Of a stretch of DNA of 64,000 nt, positions 58,536 through 64,000 are shown piece by piece. Every line of letters starts with the position of its first letter. Within the stretch, counting starts at the first letter, position 1. Source of the DNA: Candidatus Latescibacterota bacterium. GTDB taxonomy: Bacteria; Latescibacterota; UBA2968. Both the position numbers and the translations under genes were made by a program. The DNA lies in NCBI GenBank assembly GCA_965222605.1, contig OZ244960.1:2944001-3008000 (forward strand), written 5' to 3'. The notes below the pieces were generated by a model. The model saw only the letters and a program-made list of their open reading frames with translations. It was not told the origin of the DNA and searched no databases.

Positions 58536-60362
58536 ATGAAAAAAAACAATGAGATGGATCGGATCTCACGCTGGTTTCCCTATATTGTGGGCGGGGCTGT
58601 GGTCGTGATCCGGTTTTTTTATCTCTGGTCATTCTGGGCAGACCATCCGTTTTCGCGGAAACTGATCTCAGATGCGCGGATATTTGACGACTGGGCACTG
58701 CGTATCGCCTCTGGAGATTGGCTCGGTGCCCCTGAAGTCTTCATTCTACCCCCCCTGTACCCATACCTCATGGGAATCGCTTATGCGGTCTTTGGACATA
58801 CGCCCAAACTGATTATAGGCTTACAGGCTGTCGCCGGATGTGCCAGTGCTATTCTGGTCTATCGATTGGGAGCACGGCATTTTGGCGCATGGGCGGGATT
58901 ATTTGCGGGGTTGTTATTTGCGACCTATGGACCGCAACTATTTTACGAAGGCATGCTGCTGGGCACATCGGGCGCCGTATTCCTCAGCCTGCTGGGATTG
59001 ACGCTAATCTCGGGGAATAATAAAACCCACTGGCACTGGGGACTGGCCGGACTGGTTTTTGGACTATCGGCACTCATGCGCCCCAATATCTTATCGGCAA
59101 TCCCATTTTTGCTATTTGGCGCGTGGTGGGCCTACCACAAAGCAAAACCAGTAAGACTCTCCATGCGACTGGCCGGTTACTTTGCCGGGGGACTCATGCT
59201 CCCACTCCTCCTGTGTGGTCTGCACAATGGGCTGGTTGCAGACGACTGGGTATTGATGACCGCGCACGGTGGCATCAATTTTTACATGGGCAATCACGCA
59301 GATGCTCCCGGCTGGTTTTCCGCACCCGCTGGCATGGATGCACAGATCACGCCAGATGGGGCACAGGGCAATTTGGAAGGACCGCGCCGCATAGCCGAAG
59401 ATGCGATAGGGCGGCCTTTGAAAGCGTCTGAAGTTTCTTCCTTCTGGTTTAATAAGGGTCTCGCTTTCTGGATAAATGATCCAATAGGTGCGCTAACCGT
59501 AACCTTGCGAAAGGTGCGCCTTTTTGCATCGGGATACGAAACCCCGCTCAATTATAATTTTTATTATCAAAGAAAATTCTCTGCCCTCTTGCGCTTTCCA
59601 ATCACAGAATTGTGGCTATTATTTCCCCTATCCATTGTGGGAATCATTGTCGCTGCTCGGCAATTTGATCGCCATGCCATCCTGTATCTGTGGCTCATTG
59701 GATACGCGGCAGGCGTGTTGGCATTTCACGTATCCTCGCGCTATCGCATGCCCGCAATTCCCATCCTCATGATATTTGCGGGAATGGGAATATGGGCACT
59801 GATATCCTGGGTACAGTCGCAAAAGTGGAAAAACCTCTGCATCGGTGCAGCAGTGCTCATCATCCTGTGGACCGGCTATCGCATTGAACTAAACGGACAA
59901 CTCGCCCAAAACAATTGGGCGATGGACCCCTTCAATTTGGGCACCGCTTATTTGTGGGCCAACGAGAATGAACCGGCGCGATCATTTCTCGAAGAAGCAG
60001 AAAAATACGGACAGGGCGATGCGGTATTGTATTACAATTTGGGATTGGCATATGCACGCACCGAAAAAATGGAAGCCGCCAAAAATGCGTATCGCCGGGC
60101 ACTATCCCAGGACCCCGACCTCGTACGTGCCTATGTCAACCTGGGCAATATCTTATTTTTTAAAGAAAAATTTCACGAAGCGATAAATAACTATCGGGAA
60201 GCATTGAAACGAGATCCCAACACCCACAATGCGCGTGCGAACATGGGCTGGGCGTATTGGTCTTTAGGACGGGTAAATGAGGCACGCAGCGCCTGGGAAA
60301 GGGTCTTGCAAACAGCACCCGATCATCCCTCTGCAAAAGCGGGAATGGCGCGTATTCAGTAG
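58536..60362 (+). CDS. GT-C fold (ArnT/PMT, GT39-like) glycosyltransferase with C-terminal TPRs
   Basis: D...FD.WA..I, PPLYPY, RPN, NF..GN, RYR.P, about 12 TMs, then TPR repeats. Confidence 0.85.
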   Translation: MKKNNEMDRISRWFPYIVGGAVVVIRFFYLWSFWADHPFSRKLISDARIFDDWALRIASGDWLGAPEVFILPPLYPYLMGIAYAVFGHTPKLIIGLQAVAGCASAILVYRLGARHFGAWAGLFAGLLFATYGPQLFYEGMLLGTSGAVFLSLLGLTLISGNNKTHWHWGLAGLVFGLSALMRPNILSAIPFLLFGAWWAYHKAKPVRLSMRLAGYFAGGLMLPLLLCGLHNGLVADDWVLMTAHGGINFYMGNHADAPGWFSAPAGMDAQITPDGAQGNLEGPRRIAEDAIGRPLKASEVSSFWFNKGLAFWINDPIGALTVTLRKVRLFASGYETPLNYNFYYQRKFSALLRFPITELWLLFPLSIVGIIVAARQFDRHAILYLWLIGYAAGVLAFHVSSRYRMPAIPILMIFAGMGIWALISWVQSQKWKNLCIGAAVLIILWTGYRIELNGQLAQNNWAMDPFNLGTAYLWANENEPARSFLEEAEKYGQGDAVLYYNLGLAYARTEKMEAAKNAYRRALSQDPDLVRAYVNLGNILFFKEKFHEAINNYREALKRDPNTHNARANMGWAYWSLGRVNEARSAWERVLQTAPDHPSAKAGMARIQ

Positions 60363-60456
60363 GAATTATGCACACCCCTCAATTAGATAGACACCAGATA
60401 TTGTCGTACTTATATTGGCCTGACTATCCGCATCATCCGCGACCTGGAGCCCCTCA

Positions 60457-62409
60457 ATGGCCATTCGCGAACAACAAACACAGACAGCACCTGCTCGGCG
60501 AGCCGTAACCGCGCGATCAATTGTGATAGGTGCCATGTGCGCGGGCTTTTTGGGGTGGGGTGGACATTTTACGCGACACATTGCACACACCACAAAAATG
60601 GCGCAGGATCATCTGCCCTGGGGCGCAGTCGTGCCATTTTTGTTGATCGCAGTCGTATTGAATAAAGTCCTGGGAAAAGTGCGCCCGCAATGGGTCTTGC
60701 GCCCTTCGGAATTGCTGGTCATCTTCAGCATGGGACTGGTGGCATCTGCATTGCCCAGCTATTTTATGGGGCATTTGATCGCCAACGTCTCAGCGCCATT
60801 TTATTTTGCTAACACAGAGAACCGATGGGCAGAAGACATACATCCGTATTTGCCCGACTGGGCGGTCGTAACCGATGTGACGGCTGCGCGGTGGTTTTTT
60901 GAGGGACTGCCAGCCGGCGCAGCGATCCCCTGGGGCATCTGGGTAACGCCGATGATCTGGCGCCTGAGCCTGGTATTTATGATCGGCGTATTTGGGTTTT
61001 GTGCGGTTTCAATCATGCGTAAGCAATGGGTGGAACACGAACGCCTGACCTTTCCATTGATGACATTGCCACTGGAACTGGTCAACAGAGAACCGCGTGG
61101 ATTCTGGCCCGTGGGCATAATGAATCGCCCCGTGTTCTGGTGGGGATTCGCGCTCGCCTCATTTCCCATTTACTGGAATATGATTGGATATTTCCAGCCG
61201 CTTTTTCCAACCATTCCTCAATATCTGGGGTTGATGGAATTTGGTCGGTATTTCCCGCCGATTCACATGCGGTTTTATCCAGTGATCATTGGCGTCTCGT
61301 ACTTTATGGACCTGGATGTATCATTCAGCATCATTGTCTTTCACCTGTTACTAACGCTTGAAATGGGACTGTTCAATCGCCTGGGGGTCGAGATAGGCCC
61401 AACCCATGTGTGGCCGGCATCAGAATTTGAAAACTGGCAGGGTTTTGGCGCCCTGTGTGTGCTCGTACCGTGGAGTTTGTGGATGGCGCGAGAACATCTA
61501 AAAAACGTATTTTGCAAAGCCCTGCTCAAGGCGCGGGATGTCGAAGACTCGGACGAATTATTGTCCTACCGCGCAGCACTTGGCGGATTGCTGGCGAGCG
61601 GACTATTTATTTTGGGCTGGTGCGTGACGTCCGGTATGTCGGTCCTTGTTGCCCTGACTTTTTTGAGTCTCGTGGGCGTGATCTGGTTGGGGATCACGCG
61701 CGTCTGCGTGGAGGGCGGCCTGATCAGCAGCCGCATGATACAGGGACAATTTGTCGCATATCACCTGCTGGGTCCCGTGAATATCTCGCCGTCGGGAATG
61801 GCGGCATTTGCGCTTACTGAAACATGGCATCACGATATCAAAACCATATTGATGGCCAACCTCGCCAATGCCACGCGGCTTTACGACAGCATCCGACACG
61901 AAAGAACGCGCCTGGTCATCGCTCTGGGATTGGCTATGCTGGTGGTAATAACCACAAGTGCGTATTATCAAATTTCATCGAGTTATGTAACCGGCGCATT
62001 TAATTATGGCGGCATTTACGGTCCTTATGTACAGAACACTTATGATACCATAGCCGCTCATATCCGGGATCCCTTTGCCCTGAAGCGCGAGCGCATGCTG
62101 ATCGCGCTGATTGGAATGGCAACCACGGCATTGATGCTCGCGTTGCGCTATGTATGGCCCTGGTGGCCCTTGCATCCGATCGGGTTTGCTGCCGTGACAG
62201 CGTATCCGGTCAATCGCATTGTATCTTCGATCTTCTTTGCCTGGTTTTCCAAATTTATCATCTTGCGGGCGGGCGGCATTGATCTGTACCGCAAAGCATC
62301 GCCGTTTTTTCTGGGGCTTATGGTGGGGTATTTCACGGGTGTACTTGTATCGTTCTTAGTGGATTGTATCTGGTTTCCAGAACAAGGACATTCGCTGGCG
62401 TTGTATTAG
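60457..62409 (+). CDS. Second DUF6785/DUF6784-type membrane protein (paralogue of 56581-58527)
   Basis: Same motifs: RHI.HTT..AQ.HL, ELLVIFSMGL, RKQW..HERL, WWPLHP.G. Confidence 0.8.
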   Translation: MAIREQQTQTAPARRAVTARSIVIGAMCAGFLGWGGHFTRHIAHTTKMAQDHLPWGAVVPFLLIAVVLNKVLGKVRPQWVLRPSELLVIFSMGLVASALPSYFMGHLIANVSAPFYFANTENRWAEDIHPYLPDWAVVTDVTAARWFFEGLPAGAAIPWGIWVTPMIWRLSLVFMIGVFGFCAVSIMRKQWVEHERLTFPLMTLPLELVNREPRGFWPVGIMNRPVFWWGFALASFPIYWNMIGYFQPLFPTIPQYLGLMEFGRYFPPIHMRFYPVIIGVSYFMDLDVSFSIIVFHLLLTLEMGLFNRLGVEIGPTHVWPASEFENWQGFGALCVLVPWSLWMAREHLKNVFCKALLKARDVEDSDELLSYRAALGGLLASGLFILGWCVTSGMSVLVALTFLSLVGVIWLGITRVCVEGGLISSRMIQGQFVAYHLLGPVNISPSGMAAFALTETWHHDIKTILMANLANATRLYDSIRHERTRLVIALGLAMLVVITTSAYYQISSSYVTGAFNYGGIYGPYVQNTYDTIAAHIRDPFALKRERMLIALIGMATTALMLALRYVWPWWPLHPIGFAAVTAYPVNRIVSSIFFAWFSKFIILRAGGIDLYRKASPFFLGLMVGYFTGVLVSFLVDCIWFPEQGHSLALY

Positions 62410-62419
62410 AGGCTATATC

Positions 62420-64000
62420 ATGTGTGACAGCAAAAGAAAACAGCGCGTGAACGGTGTACAACTGCGACAGCAGTTCATTCGTTCCATTCGCGCCCCCATG
62501 GTTATCGCCTGTCTATATGCCATAATGTGCATGCCAGCAGGGGCAGATCGCCTGCAGGAAAGCTTCGGTGGGGAGGAAGATTCGCTCGCTGCGGTTCTGA
62601 TCGCAGAACGCGCCGGGCCAGATAGCGCAGACGTCTATCGGGCATTGCCTCGGGATGAGAAAGCGCAATTCTTAATAGACTTTTGGCAACGGCACAATCC
62701 CGTGGTACTGCAATTTTATTACGATTATCATATCGGGCGTCGCTACCTGACGGTATCAGACGCTTTTTTTGAACGCGGTCGATTGATACCCCGGCGCTAT
62801 AAAACGCGCGCCGTACCACCAGATACCGCCCTGCTCGACGATGCTGTTGCACTATTTGAACAGATGCTACAGGACGATGCCGACAACCGCGTTGCCCTGT
62901 GCGCGCTGGGATATTGCTTGTTAGAACAGCACAAAGGTCTGGAAGCAGAACGCATTTTTGTGCGCGTTTTGGAAAAAGACCGGCGGTTTCTCATCGCGCG
63001 ACACGGCCGGGCACTGGCGTGTTTAATCCAAAAAAAACAGGTGCGCCGCGCACTGAATTTTTTTCAGGACACCGTATCTCTCGACGCGAAATACGAGGCG
63101 GCGTATTACAATTTGGCGATGTGCCACCTGGCGATGCGCAGCGTGGATATGGACCATCATTTTGGCAATGTGGTCAAGCGCTTCCCGCAACACCGCGATG
63201 CGTATTTTAAGCTGGGGATATTTTATGAATCGCTCTATTATTATGAAAAAGCCGTCAAGGCATTGTCAAAGCAGGTCGCTGTAAATCCAGCGCACAGCAT
63301 AGCAAGGGGTAGATTGGCGCGCGTGGCTATGGAATTGAAATATTTGAAACAAGAATTGCACACCACCACAGAACTGCGCGATCTCGCCCAGAAAGATCCC
63401 GAGCGTTATCTGCCACTCCTGGGCGCACAATATCTGGAATCGGGTGCGTACGAGCAGGCAGAAGCATCCTTTTCGCAATTTTTATCCCTCTTGCCGCAAA
63501 ATGAACGCGCCCTGTACGAAGATGTCACCTTGCTCCTATCGGCACAAGAATTTGAGACCTTTCGCATGATGGGAAAAGATGAGAAACGCGCATTGACCGG
63601 TTTGTTCTGGCGCAAAATAGACCCAACACCCACCACACCTGTTAATGAGCGCAGGTTGGAACACTACCGGCGCGTGAATTACGCGATACAAAACTTTTTC
63701 GAAGGCCGAATACCCTGGGATGCGCGCGGCGATGTATATATCCGTTTTGGTCATCCCGATCACAGAAGCTGGTCCGATCACCTCGTATTCGAAACCAATG
63801 CAAAAGTGATTCGGGTAAAAAATCGACTTATGGACCTCGCGGGAAATGCACTGCATGAAATCGTCCCTACAACATCGCTGCAGATAGAATCGTCTTTGGG
63901 CGCAAGCACCGTAATGAAGGTAACACCCGAGGTTCGGGGGCTGCCGATATTTCCCCTGCCGCACCAGGGAGCGTTATTTCGAGATGGCGCGTCTTTGAAC
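62420..64000 (+). CDS. TPR plus GWxTD-domain protein (runs off the window; absent from the ORF track)
   Basis: Translated by eye from ATG 62420 (alternative start 62498): signal-like segment, TPRs, FWRKIDPTPTTPVNERRLEHYRRVNYA...WDARGDVYIRFGHPD. Confidence 0.85.
   Translation, partial: MCDSKRKQRVNGVQLRQQFIRSIRAPMVIACLYAIMCMPAGADRLQESFGGEEDSLAAVLIAERAGPDSADVYRALPRDEKAQFLIDFWQRHNPVVLQFYYDYHIGRRYLTVSDAFFERGRLIPRRYKTRAVPPDTALLDDAVALFEQMLQDDADNRVALCALGYCLLEQHKGLEAERIFVRVLEKDRRFLIARHGRALACLIQKKQVRRALNFFQDTVSLDAKYEAAYYNLAMCHLAMRSVDMDHHFGNVVKRFPQHRDAYFKLGIFYESLYYYEKAVKALSKQVAVNPAHSIARGRLARVAMELKYLKQELHTTTELRDLAQKDPERYLPLLGAQYLESGAYEQAEASFSQFLSLLPQNERALYEDVTLLLSAQEFETFRMMGKDEKRALTGLFWRKIDPTPTTPVNERRLEHYRRVNYAIQNFFEGRIPWDARGDVYIRFGHPDHRSWSDHLVFETNAKVIRVKNRLMDLAGNALHEIVPTTSLQIESSLGASTVMKVTPEVRGLPIFPLPHQGALFRDGASLN

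Overview
Bacterial chromosomal window with no rRNA, tRNA or CRISPR array that I can support. The gene repertoire (GWxTD/TPR proteins, DUF6785-type membrane proteins, sulfatases, DUF1080, PQQ-propeller, GH172, PhyH, many REP-like palindromes) resembles Latescibacterota/Gemmatimonadota-like heterotrophs, often sponge-associated; this placement is inference. Bases 1-9.9 kb are a defence island built on a type I restriction-modification locus. It holds an IS1380 inserted in a decayed hsdS remnant, an intact three-gene Lamassu (ABC-3C) system with an HNH effector, a translationally coupled HipA-N/HIRAN-like gene, and hsdR. A solo tnpB element (IS200/IS605 family, rearranged RuvC-II) splits a GntR(YtrA)-SPFH operon, and its empty site, TAM and guide can be reconstructed. 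The middle is mostly carbohydrate/catabolic metabolism plus TA modules. It also carries nrdAB, whose beta subunit has the class Ic (Mn/Fe, tyrosyl-radical-less, Chlamydia-type) signature and sits behind NrdR boxes and a long structured leader, and an EpmA with an extra LysRS-like N-terminal domain. Bases 53-56 kb are a patch of gene fragments bracketed by a 78-bp direct repeat. The window ends in a probable leaderless envelope operon (DUF6785, GT-C/TPR, DUF6785, GWxTD). All product calls come from motif recognition, not database searches.
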